Origin: Anaerohalosphaeraceae bacterium
Lineage (GTDB): Bacteria > Planctomycetota > Phycisphaerae > Sedimentisphaerales > Anaerohalosphaeraceae
Length of the DNA stretch: 64,000 nucleotides
Direction of reading: 5' to 3'
NCBI GenBank assembly: GCA_963675525.2
Contig: CAXXSL010000016.1
Location: 608,001-672,000 of the forward strand
The translations under genes were made by a program, and so were the position numbers. The notes under the pieces were generated by a model. The model had not been told where the DNA came from. It was given only the letters and a program-made list of their open reading frames with translations, and did no database searches. Below are positions 28,217-36,803 of this stretch, piece by piece; position 1 is the first letter of the stretch; each line of letters begins with the position of its first letter.

Positions 28217-29161
28217 CTACGGGGTAAGTATCTCTTCGTCTATTTCTAAATCCACGTGGATGTCCGGCTTAATCATTTCAAATAAGCCGACGGACGGGTA
28301 CGATACAGTACAGTCCAGCGCATTCTTGTCGCGGGTCAGTACCACAGACTGGATCAGCGGTCCTTTTTTCTCCATGTTATGCAGCGCCGCAAACGCCAAC
28401 AGTCCCCTCGCAATTTGCTCAATCTGTATCGCAGCCTGTTCGTCTTTGGCTTCCAGGTGAAGCGTGGCCGTCATATTAGCATCTTTCTCAGCCGCCAGCA
28501 CCGCGATCAGATGGGTATTTTTCAGGATGGCCGCCTGTTCATTGTCCGGGGCCAACTGGGACAGTTCGGTCGCAGCCGCCATGAAGATGGGATTGTCCCG
28601 ACCCTGACAAAGCTGATAAAGCGCTGAATCAGTATCCCCGGCCAGTGACGCTCGTTTCCCCGCAAGAACATCCAGCGTATCAATAACGGCGTCTTCGGTC
28701 TGCCCGATGACGATCAGGTCATCGCCGGCGAAGGCCCCGTACTGTTCCTTACTGCGCTTCTCATCCATCCAGTGATGCACGGGGGTGCCTTCGTATTCAC
28801 GTTTGGAGTAAGCGCCATTCAGAACCAGCAGCGCCAATAGTTTATCCTTATCGTAACGGCCGCGAAACAGGATCGTGGCGTTTGTTTCACCGGGACCGTT
28901 TCCATAGAGTGTAACATCGTACAAGTCGCGGGTCACATCGCTGCCCAGAAGTTCGGCCAGCGCGCCGATCTTGTCCTCGCATTGGGCCTGGAGCTCACCC
29001 TGGAGCAGTTGCCCGAACTCGCTGCTGCGCAACGCGTCAAGATCAACATGCACCAGCCATTGGGCGTCGCCGCTGACGTGCTTCTCCTGCAGGGGACTTG
29101 AGAAAACGGTACTATGAGCCGTTAGAAGTGTGATACAGGCTAATAATAGGAGCCTTTTCAT
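28217..29161 (-). CDS. Secreted hypothetical protein, first gene of ECF operon
   Basis: Signal peptide MKRLLLLACITLLTA; good RBS (AAGGA); 314 aa. Confidence 0.7.
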   Translation of the reverse strand: MKRLLLLACITLLTAHSTVFSSPLQEKHVSGDAQWLVHVDLDALRSSEFGQLLQGELQAQCEDKIGALAELLGSDVTRDLYDVTLYGNGPGETNATILFRGRYDKDKLLALLVLNGAYSKREYEGTPVHHWMDEKRSKEQYGAFAGDDLIVIGQTEDAVIDTLDVLAGKRASLAGDTDSALYQLCQGRDNPIFMAAATELSQLAPDNEQAAILKNTHLIAVLAAEKDANMTATLHLEAKDEQAAIQIEQIARGLLAFAALHNMEKKGPLIQSVVLTRDKNALDCTVSYPSVGLFEMIKPDIHVDLEIDEEILTP

Positions 29162-29235
29162 CGTCTTTTCCTTTCTAAATGAAGGTGATTTATTCTACGT
29201 TACGGACCGCTGTACAGCAAGTGTTTACAGCCCCT

Positions 29236-29264
29236 TATACGCACACCCTCCCCAAAATGTTACA
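29236..29264 (-). promoter_or_regulatory. ECF-type promoter
   Basis: TGTAAC-N17-CGTATA upstream of an operon encoding an ECF sigma (AAC/CGT pattern). Confidence 0.55.
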
Positions 29265-29333
29265 CCGGCAGGAATTTTTACCAATCAGACATCAAACAAC
29301 CGCCCTGTCCTCCGGAGCCTTGGCGAAGGGGGA

Positions 29334-29368
29334 TTGGAAATAGGAAATAGAAAATAGAAAATTGGAAA
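29334..29368. repeat. Heptamer tandem repeat x5
   Basis: TTGGAAA TAGGAAA TAGAAAA TAGAAAA TTGGAAA. Confidence 0.6.
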
Positions 29369-29395
29369 TTAATATCCTGCTCACACAGGCGATAA

Positions 29396-29719
29396 TTATT
29401 TTACTTCTTTATACGTTTCAGGTTTTGTATCAGAATCTTTGTCTTTGCTGTCCTCAGATTCTTTTTTAAGTAAACTAATACCAAATTGTTGCGCAAAACT
29501 TTCAATCTCCTTTAACCATTCACTTTCTTTTACGTAATCTTCTGATTCTTTGTCAATCGCTTGAATTCGCTTATATTCACCTATGATAAACTCATCTGTA
29601 CCCCCAACGAACGCAACACCCCAGTTTAAGATAGCGCCACGCGAACCCAATCGAACCCAAAAAATGTCACCCCGGACCTCGATCCGGGGCAAACCCAATG
29701 TTGCATACCTCGACTCCAT
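29396..29719 (-). pseudogene. Probable gene remnant (AT-rich 3' fragment)
   Basis: 3' part (about 29396-29600) is AT-rich and protein-like (K/E/D/S-rich); 5' part runs through hairpin/repeat DNA with no RBS. Confidence 0.3.
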
Positions 29720-29725
29720 CGGCGC

Positions 29726-29760
29726 AAAAAAAAGCCGACCGGCGTTCTGCCGATCGGCTT
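29726..29760 (-). terminator. Intrinsic terminator
   Basis: GCCGATCGGC-AGAAC-GCCGGTCGGC-T8. Confidence 0.85.
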
Positions 29761-29861
29761 ATTTCCCTTACTCAGGAGGAGGAGGTGGAAAGTTTTTTAT
29801 GATCGTATCATTGCTTTTCGTTTTGTGCCCTTCTGTCTTTTAAAATAGGACCTTTCCTTTC

Positions 29862-30137
29862 TCATTCCGGCGGACCGCGTTCGTGCGTATTCCAACACGG
29901 TCGATAGAAATTGATAAGAGCGTTATTTTTATACCTCGGCGGCATAAGATAAATTCGCAAATCAGGACACTGTTTAGTGTTTCCCGGTACTGTATAAACC
30001 ATACATAATAAAATCCATCGCTGCCGCTTCGAATAAAAAAAAAGGCTCATCGTTTGATGAGCCGGTGGACCTCTACCATCCAGAGCGAACAGCGGTGGAC
30101 TCTTGAAGCCTCGTTTGTGGGTGTGGGAGATTGGCAT
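29862..30137 (-). CDS. Small ORF with two RGPP motifs (possibly two peptides, second starting at 30002)
   Basis: AAAGGA RBS before ATG 30137; DGRGPPA (30063-30074) and C-terminal ERGPPE-stop (29868-29879). Confidence 0.5.
   Translation of the reverse strand: MPISHTHKRGFKSPPLFALDGRGPPAHQTMSLFFYSKRQRWILLCMVYTVPGNTKQCPDLRIYLMPPRYKNNALINFYRPCWNTHERGPPE
30035..30063 (-). terminator. Terminator/attenuator hairpin inside small ORF
   Basis: GGCTCATC-AAAC-GATGAGCC-T9, beginning in the last Pro codon of RGPP. Confidence 0.75.
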
Positions 30138-30211
30138 CTTGCGTCCTTTCGGATATATGGGTGCTTGTTTTCAATTTATTCAGTTATAGATAATAGCGAT
30201 TTTAAAGAGCG

Positions 30212-30301
30212 TTAAAAAAAGTTCGTTTTTTGGCGTTTCGGCGGACCCCGGGCCCCTTCAACAGCCAGCGTTATTTCTGATGTGTTTTGAAAAGCAGTCA
30301 T
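30212..30301 (-). CDS. 29-aa peptide with RGPP motif (not in ORF track)
   Basis: MTAFQNTSEITLAVEGARGPPKRQKTNFF; GGGGGG upstream of ATG; downstream of a sigma-70 promoter. Confidence 0.5.
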   Translation of the reverse strand: MTAFQNTSEITLAVEGARGPPKRQKTNFF

Positions 30302-30364
30302 TCTTTTGCCCCCCGGCGATTATTGCTTTTATTTACTTTTCTTTTAACCTCAACAACAAAAGTG

Positions 30365-30393
30365 AGTATACCCGAACGCGAATGATATTTCAA
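30365..30393 (-). promoter_or_regulatory. Sigma-70 promoter driving RGPP mini-ORF transcript
   Basis: TTGAAA-N17-TATACT. Confidence 0.65.
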
Positions 30394-30522
30394 GTTATTA
30401 TAAAGGAAATATAAGTAAATGTCGGAAAATTAATTAATATATGGCTTTTTGTGAACAATATACTTGTATTATGAGACATTGAGGTTATATTTTTTCTTTA
30501 CATCTGTTTTTTTTTCGGTTCA

Positions 30523-30984
30523 TTACTCGGCCGGATACATGAATTCCGGCATTCGACGAGGTTTTCCCTGCCGGTCCACACAGGCCAGAATGCTGCTGCC
30601 CTCAGCCAGAATCAGGCCTGTCTGGGCACGTTTGAGGATATAGGTATGTTCGACGCGGGCATTGGTAATGCGTGAGCAGATGGTTGTCAATTCGAGGTTT
30701 TCATCATAAAAACAGGGTCTGCGGTACTTGGCGGTCAGTTCGGAAACCACAAAGAATATCCCCGCTTTTTCGAGCTGACTGTAGGCCAGGCCGTTGACAC
30801 GGAGCAGTTCCGTGCGGCCCATCTCGAACCACACCGGGTAAACCGTATGATGCACCACGCCGGCCTGGTCCGTCTCGCAATAACGCGGGATGATCGATAT
30901 GGTGTGCTCGGCGATCTTTGTGCAATCGGGAAAATCGATTGCCGGCTGGTGGTCGAAATCGCTGCTTCGGGGTTCTACGCGCAT
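30523..30984 (-). CDS. Acyl-CoA thioesterase (YbgC/FadM, 4HBT family)
   Basis: RYCETDQAGVVHH..Y..WFEMGR; start 30984 after GAGGA. Confidence 0.88.
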   Translation of the reverse strand: MRVEPRSSDFDHQPAIDFPDCTKIAEHTISIIPRYCETDQAGVVHHTVYPVWFEMGRTELLRVNGLAYSQLEKAGIFFVVSELTAKYRRPCFYDENLELTTICSRITNARVEHTYILKRAQTGLILAEGSSILACVDRQGKPRRMPEFMYPAE

Positions 30985-31130
30985 TTTGTCAGTCCTCTGT
31001 CTTAAGTCTTTAGCCTTCAGGTTAACCAATGGTACTGTAAGCAGACAGATTTTTCAAGCCGGAGGGAAAAAAGTTGTTTCCAAAGACTCTGTGTCTATAA
31101 TAAACACCAAACCCATAAAGAAGGGCTCAC

Positions 31131-32006
31131 ATGGCACTGGAAATCTGGACAATCAAAAAACTGCTGGAGTGGATCAGTGATTACTTCGAGACTAACGGCG
31201 TGGATTCGCCGCGGCTGTCTGCCGAGCTTTTGCTGTGCCATATCCTGAAGCTGGAACGCATTCAGCTTTATACGCTGTATGACCGTGTGGTGCAGGCCGA
31301 GCAACTTGCCGCACTGAGGGCACTTGTCAAACGCGGCGCCGAACATGAGCCGGTCGCTTACCTGGTTGGGCGGTGCGAGTTTTATTCATTGGGCCTGAAG
31401 ATTACGCCGGACTGTTTGATCCCGCGACCGGAAACCGAACATCTGGTCGAGCGATCAGTTGATTTTCTGCGGCAGCGATCCGGCCCGCAGTACGTGCTGG
31501 ATTTGTGTGCCGGGTCGGGCTGTATCGCCGCGGCGATTGCGAAAAATGTTAAGGATGTGCAGGTCGTGGCGACAGACATTTGCGACAATGCGCTGAAAGT
31601 CGCGGCTGAAAACATCGCCCGGCATAAACTGGAAGACAAGGTTACGTTGCTGTGCGGGGATTTATTCGATGCGATCATCGAGGGGCTGGATGAAACGCGG
31701 TTTGACCTGATCGTGTCCAACCCGCCGTATGTCAGCGATATTGAATATGAAAAGCTCGACCATAACGTCAAAAAGTACGAGCCGAAACTGGCACTCTATG
31801 CGGGGATTGACGGGCTGGATATCTATCAGCGTATTCTGGAAAAGGTGGATGACTTTTTAAAGCCGGACGGGGCACTGATGATGGAAATCGGCTACGCGCA
31901 AGGCCCGGCCATTCAAAAAATGCTGGAAGCAACCAACATCTTCAAAGAAATACGTATCGAGAAAGATTTCGCCAACAACGACCGCATCGCCATCGCAAAA
32001 AAGTAG
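31131..32006 (+). CDS. prmC: Release factor glutamine methyltransferase
   Basis: EPVAYL, LIPRPETE, LDLCAGSGCI, SNPPY. Confidence 0.95.
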   Translation: MALEIWTIKKLLEWISDYFETNGVDSPRLSAELLLCHILKLERIQLYTLYDRVVQAEQLAALRALVKRGAEHEPVAYLVGRCEFYSLGLKITPDCLIPRPETEHLVERSVDFLRQRSGPQYVLDLCAGSGCIAAAIAKNVKDVQVVATDICDNALKVAAENIARHKLEDKVTLLCGDLFDAIIEGLDETRFDLIVSNPPYVSDIEYEKLDHNVKKYEPKLALYAGIDGLDIYQRILEKVDDFLKPDGALMMEIGYAQGPAIQKMLEATNIFKEIRIEKDFANNDRIAIAKK

Positions 32007-32174
32007 TCATTCCGTCTCACTGCTCGCGGGTTGTCCCGCGATTTGGTTTTTTTGTTTTTTGACGAGCATCATGACGATAACGAGCAACACTGTCAGCGGC
32101 AGGACAAAGACAAATAAAGAAATGATCACAATCACAATCATCTCAAATCCTCCCGGTATCCCAAATGCTAACAT
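32007..32174 (-). CDS. Small hydrophobic membrane protein (55 aa)
   Basis: AAAGGA RBS; MLAFGIPGGFEMIVIVIISLFVFVLPL... long hydrophobic stretch and basic tail. Confidence 0.65.
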   Translation of the reverse strand: MLAFGIPGGFEMIVIVIISLFVFVLPLTVLLVIVMMLVKKQKNQIAGQPASSETE

Positions 32175-32204
32175 GTTTGTTCCTTTCGGTTGATGGTTTA
32201 TGCA

Positions 32205-32237
<33 letters not shown>

Positions 32238-32248
32238 AAATCCACACA

Positions 32249-33031
32249 TTATAATAGACGCTCTAAGCCGAAGAATGTTTCGCTGGTTTTGGTGATTTTT
32301 TGGGCGAAGTCTTCGAGACTTAGTTCGTGAACATCGGCCAGGCATTGGGCGGTGTGGATTAGCAGGGCCGGTTCGTTGGGTTTGGTGTTGCGTTTGGGGT
32401 GCGGGGAGATGAAGGGGCAGTCGGTTTCGATCATGAGCCGGTCGAGCGGAATTGTTTGGGCGACCTCTCGCAATTGTTCACTACGTTTAAATGTCACCGT
32501 ACCTGTAAAAGAAATATAATAGCCTCTGTCCAATACAAGTTTTGTTTGCTGTTGATCGCCGCCGTAACAGTGAATGACCACATTTTTAAGTTTGCCCGCA
32601 TAGTCGTCAAGAATGTCCATCGTTTCATCGAATGCCTCACGGGTGTGGATAATGACGGGCTTTTGCAATTCGGCGGCGATGTCCAGATGCCGACGGAAGA
32701 TGCGCTGCTGATTTTCGGCCGATGAATGCATGTAATGATAATCCAGCCCTGTTTCGCCGATCGCGACGACTTTGGCGTGATGAAGTTGTTTCGCTAGCAA
32801 CTCCATATCCGCATCGGTGATATCGTCGGCCTCGTGCGGATGATAGCCCAGAGCCGCAACTATGTTTTCGTGTTCGCTTGCCAGATGGATCGCCTTTTCG
32901 TTGTCGACAACTTTGGTGCCGACGGTGATCCATCGCGTCACGCCTGCGGCAATGCTGCCGGCCAGCACGGCGTCGATCCGCTCTATCAAGCCCTCGTAAG
33001 TTAAATGTGCATGAGTATCGATCAGATTCAT
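32249..33031 (-). CDS. tatD: TatD-family metal-dependent nuclease/hydrolase
   Basis: IDTHAH, GYHPH, IGETGLDY, IHTR, IHC, ETDCPF. Confidence 0.93.
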   Translation of the reverse strand: MNLIDTHAHLTYEGLIERIDAVLAGSIAAGVTRWITVGTKVVDNEKAIHLASEHENIVAALGYHPHEADDITDADMELLAKQLHHAKVVAIGETGLDYHYMHSSAENQQRIFRRHLDIAAELQKPVIIHTREAFDETMDILDDYAGKLKNVVIHCYGGDQQQTKLVLDRGYYISFTGTVTFKRSEQLREVAQTIPLDRLMIETDCPFISPHPKRNTKPNEPALLIHTAQCLADVHELSLEDFAQKITKTSETFFGLERLL

Positions 33032-33173
33032 AAAAAATCCTAAACACTAAATTCTAAATCCGAAACAAATTCTAAACGCTAAATCCAAATAACACAAACA
33101 ATTCTGTTTAAATCATTTGAATTTTGTGCATTTAGATTTGTTTTGGATTTCGTGCTTAGGATTTAGAGCTTTT
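33032..33173. repeat. Long imperfect inverted repeat built from heptamer units
   Basis: Left arm (AAATCCT/AAACACT/AAATTCT/AAATCCG...) is complementary to right arm (...GGATTTCGTGCTTAGGATTTAG). Confidence 0.7.
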
Positions 33174-33196
33174 AACCAAACCTAATCTAATGCCTA

Positions 33197-33223
33197 TGGA
33201 TTCCCGCCTTCGCGGGAATGACA
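33197..33223. repeat. REP-like palindrome copy 2
   Basis: TGGATTCCCGCCTTCGCGGGAATGACA, 26/27 identical to copy 1. Confidence 0.8.
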
Positions 33224-33258
33224 ATGAGTATTGTCAGAGATTCTTAATATATTTAATA

Positions 33259-34392
33259 TTATAGAATGAAGTCCTGTGCGACGGTATCCGCGAAGGACAA
33301 GCCGAGATCCGTTAAGTACACATGGGTTTCGGTTCGCTCCAGAAAGCCGAAATCGCAGTTATTTCCGATCGCCTCGCCGAACAGTTCGTCAAGGTCAAAG
33401 CCGGTCAGTTGTTTGTAGACCGCACGGTCAATACCCTGCCGCATCCGCAGATTGAGCACGGCGGTTTCGACAGCGATCTGTTCGAGATCGGGTGTTTGTT
33501 CCTGGTCCCGGGCAAACCGCCCCGCTTCGATTTGGGTAAGATAGACATCGATATCCCGAACATTGGTTGTTCGTTTGCCCTGATACCAGCCTCCTGCGGC
33601 CGGGCCGATACCGATGACGGGAAGGTTTTTCCAGTACCGCAGATTGTGGCGGCACTGGAAGCCGGGACAGGCAAAATTAGAAATCTCATAATGATCAAAG
33701 CCGGCCTTTTCGAACTGAAGTCGTGCCAATTCGTACATGGTTCGCTCGAGGGCTTCGTTGATCATGGTCAGGCTGCCCTGCTGAACGGCCTTTTCAAACG
33801 GCGTCCCCTTTTCGACTGTCAGGCTATAAGCGGAGATATGCTGAACGCCGAGGGCCATCGCTTTTTCCAGCGTGTTCTGCCACGCCGTCAAATTGCAATC
33901 GGGCAACCCAAAGATCAAATCCAGCCCGACATTTTCAAAGCCGGCACGTTGGGCCGCCCGAACCGCTTCGGTAATTTGCCCGGAATTATGAAGGCGGCCA
34001 AGCATCTTCAACTCATCCGCATCAAAAGATTGTGCCCCGATTGAAAGACGGTTGACCCCTGCGAACAGAAGCTGCTGGAAAAGTGTCTCGCTGACCTGAG
34101 CCGGGTTACATTCGACAGTGAACTCCTCAACGCTGCCAAACCGCTGTTTTAATGAATGGACAAATCGGATTAATGTTTCTTTAGGTAAACAGGTGGGCGA
34201 ACCACCGCCGATATAAATCGTTTCCGGCGGAGTCGTCATTTCATACAAATCAATTTCTTTCAGCAATGCATCCGTAAGCCTGTCCGTTGACCAGTCTGAA
34301 ACAGGAACCGAATAAAAGGCGCAATAGGGGCACTTCCTCTCACAGAAAGGTATGTGCAGGTAGAGTCCGATGCTGGAGGATCGTTCTGTCAT
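33259..34392 (-). CDS. hemW: Radical-SAM heme chaperone HemW
   Basis: LYLHIPFCERKCPYCAF, GGGSPT, YEISNF, HNLRYW. Confidence 0.9.
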   Translation of the reverse strand: MTERSSSIGLYLHIPFCERKCPYCAFYSVPVSDWSTDRLTDALLKEIDLYEMTTPPETIYIGGGSPTCLPKETLIRFVHSLKQRFGSVEEFTVECNPAQVSETLFQQLLFAGVNRLSIGAQSFDADELKMLGRLHNSGQITEAVRAAQRAGFENVGLDLIFGLPDCNLTAWQNTLEKAMALGVQHISAYSLTVEKGTPFEKAVQQGSLTMINEALERTMYELARLQFEKAGFDHYEISNFACPGFQCRHNLRYWKNLPVIGIGPAAGGWYQGKRTTNVRDIDVYLTQIEAGRFARDQEQTPDLEQIAVETAVLNLRMRQGIDRAVYKQLTGFDLDELFGEAIGNNCDFGFLERTETHVYLTDLGLSFADTVAQDFIL

Positions 34393-34396
34393 TTTA

Positions 34397-35317
34397 TTAC
34401 TGACCGGCAGCGGGGCGGTGAGGAGTTTCCTGAGAAGCATGAGTCATGTGATGCTTCTTTTGAATGAGGGCCATTCTGCGATAAAGCCAGTGCACGAAAC
34501 CGCTGCTTGCGAATCCTCCAAAACTGATAACCAACGCCAGTTGCAGACCACACAGGAAGATCATTCCAAAAATGAGTCCGACCCAGAACAGATACGTAAC
34601 GGGCTTTCGACCGCGGAACAACTGATTGATCAGGTGGGGGTAACGGATACGGCTGACCATCAGTAAACCACAGCCAATCATGATAAACGGCAGTGCGTAG
34701 AGAATGACGCTGAGCATGACCGTAAAGAAGGCTGTGTCGGTCGCAGGGTCTGTTAAAATGTCCTGATAAAACATCACCAGTCCGGCAAGCACACCGGCAG
34801 CAGCCGGCGTCGGCAGGCCGGTAAAACTCATGTGAGCCGTTTCATCTTCTTCATTTTCAACATTAAAGCGAGCCAGGCGAATCAGCGAACAGCACAGATA
34901 GGCAACCGCCGAAATCCAGATGAATCGTTCAAAAAAATCACCGAGGAACGGCTTGGCCGAGCCCACCAGTTCGGCATGGTGGGTCAATAGCAGGTTAAGG
35001 ACGATAAACGCCGGAGCCGCGCCAAATGTCAGGACATCGCAAAGCGAGTCGAGTTGCCCGCCAAAGCTGGAGGTGGACTGGCTCATACGGGCGACGCGTC
35101 CGTCCAGCATATCGGCGATCATTCCGACAAAGATCACAATGCCGGCAGCGGCGTAATGATCCGGACCCTTGCTCGCCAGGCCGATGGCGGCAAACCCGCA
35201 AATACCATTGACCAGCGTAATCATCGAAGGCAGCAGCTTGATGCTCTCGAGGCGATGCCGACGGACATTTTTGAAAAAACGCGTTGAACGGGTTTTGTCT
35301 GTTTTGGGTTTCAGCAT
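34397..35317 (-). CDS. pssA: CDP-diacylglycerol--serine O-phosphatidyltransferase
   Basis: DMLDGRVAR...FGGQLDSLCD, RLARFNV, FTGLPTP; adjacent to psd. Confidence 0.92.
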   Translation of the reverse strand: MLKPKTDKTRSTRFFKNVRRHRLESIKLLPSMITLVNGICGFAAIGLASKGPDHYAAAGIVIFVGMIADMLDGRVARMSQSTSSFGGQLDSLCDVLTFGAAPAFIVLNLLLTHHAELVGSAKPFLGDFFERFIWISAVAYLCCSLIRLARFNVENEEDETAHMSFTGLPTPAAAGVLAGLVMFYQDILTDPATDTAFFTVMLSVILYALPFIMIGCGLLMVSRIRYPHLINQLFRGRKPVTYLFWVGLIFGMIFLCGLQLALVISFGGFASSGFVHWLYRRMALIQKKHHMTHASQETPHRPAAGQ

Positions 35318-36024
35318 TATTCGTATCTAGCCAATATGGTCAGGCCCGCTTTTACGGTGTCGCCTTTTCGGACCTGCGTCTTAAGATTCTCACGAGCCGG
35401 AACAAACAGTTCTGTGCACGAGCCGAATTTTATCATACCGAACTGCTGACCGCCAGTGTATTGTTGGCCGGTTCTGGCATCGCATACAATTCGGCGGGCA
35501 ATCGCACCGGATATCTGCCGGACCAGCATCCGGTCAGGCGGGTCATCGAGTCGGAAAAGTTCGAGCTCGTTGGCTTCGTTAACCTTGCTGCACTGCGGAT
35601 TGCGGGCATCGAGAAATTTGCCGGGCTTATAGGTGATCTGTCCGATTCGCACAGGGCAGGGAACACGGTTGATATGGACATTGAAAACACTCAAAAATAT
35701 CTCGATTCGCAAAACAGGCCCCTCAAAGCCTTCGTAGCCGTCCAGCATTTCAACTGCGGCTACAGTGCCGTCTGCGGGGGAAAGCAGCAGACTGGCATCC
35801 TGAACGATCGCCCGATAGGGGTCCCTGAAAAAAGAAAACACCCAGATCAGGACGATCAGCAGTATCAGTTCGGGCAGCCAGAGAAGCATTGTACTGCCCG
35901 GGCAGGCACATGCCGGCTGCAGGTAACGGCGAGCAATTATGAAATAAATCGCCATTATCACGATTATAATTGCCGGAAACATCGCCACCTGCGGCAATCC
36001 GTATTTGGTTAGTGGTATTCTCAT
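35317..36024 (-). CDS. psd: Phosphatidylserine decarboxylase proenzyme
   Basis: FFRDP, SPADG, IFLSVFNVH.NR, GMIKFGS. Confidence 0.93.
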   Translation of the reverse strand: MRIPLTKYGLPQVAMFPAIIIVIMAIYFIIARRYLQPACACPGSTMLLWLPELILLIVLIWVFSFFRDPYRAIVQDASLLLSPADGTVAAVEMLDGYEGFEGPVLRIEIFLSVFNVHINRVPCPVRIGQITYKPGKFLDARNPQCSKVNEANELELFRLDDPPDRMLVRQISGAIARRIVCDARTGQQYTGGQQFGMIKFGSCTELFVPARENLKTQVRKGDTVKAGLTILARYE

Positions 36025-36169
36025 GGGGTAACAGAATACGCTATTTTTCGATTATAATCAAGGGCAATAGAGAATCGGCTGCCGGAACAATTTATTTTGA
36101 GATTTGCCTGTTTGCGAGTATAATTACTAAAATTGACAAATTGGTTTAATTTCAAGGAAAGGAGCCTTT

Positions 36170-36475
36170 ATGGGCTGGGGACGCACTTTTTTTCTGGGGG
36201 ACGTAGGGAATCGACTGGATATCTCGGATTGCGAACAAGACATCCGGGTGCTGAAGGAATCGCTGATGGAACTCTACCAGGAAGAGCACGAGGTGGATGC
36301 GGAGTTACGGGCGGTTCAAATGGAAAACAATCAGCTAAAGCTTTATCTGGCCGCTGTTATTCGTTTGCTCACCAGCAAAGGAATTTTCTCTAAAGAAGAT
36401 ATACAGAAGATGGTTGATATTATCGATGCCGAAGATGGAGCGATGGACGATAAAGCCCGTGGTGACGTCCTGTAA
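36170..36475 (+). CDS. Hypothetical coiled-coil protein
   Basis: Strong RBS AAGGAG; 101 aa; followed by hairpin. Confidence 0.65.
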   Translation: MGWGRTFFLGDVGNRLDISDCEQDIRVLKESLMELYQEEHEVDAELRAVQMENNQLKLYLAAVIRLLTSKGIFSKEDIQKMVDIIDAEDGAMDDKARGDVL

Positions 36476-36803
36476 ATCAATTATCCCGACCGTTCACTAA
36501 AAGGTAATATTACCTGTTTGTTTATAAAAACCGCCCCTTTCGTCCGTAAAAGGGGCTAATTTTTCCCTTCTGCCAAAATCCACCTGCCATCTGGTTTCCG
36601 ACTCACCATCCATTGGCCCTCCGTCCTATAAAGTTGCGCCACAAACACATACTATTGATAAAAATCTTAAAAAAATCATCAAGGTCTGCGTCTCTTTTTT
36701 CATCTTCTATATTGTATGTTTTTAAAGTGCAACCTCACCACGGAGGGAAGGTTCTAATAAACAGCTCGGAGTTTTCCTTTTGATGATTAGTGAGGATTCT
36801 ATT

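Noticed and set aside
29768..29840. Minus-strand FPPPPPE frame as a bona fide CDS
   Set aside because: An in-frame TAA precedes it and there is no ATG/GTG/TTG start; noted only as part of the RGPP region.
32007..32174. tatA next to tatD
   Set aside because: N-terminus looks TatA-like but the FG hinge and amphipathic helix are missing and no tatC is nearby.
33259..34392. Radical SAM enzyme as maturase for the Cys-rich peptide or RGPP peptides
   Set aside because: Has HemW signatures (HIPFC, HNxxYW), no SPASM domain, and sits in a housekeeping operon.
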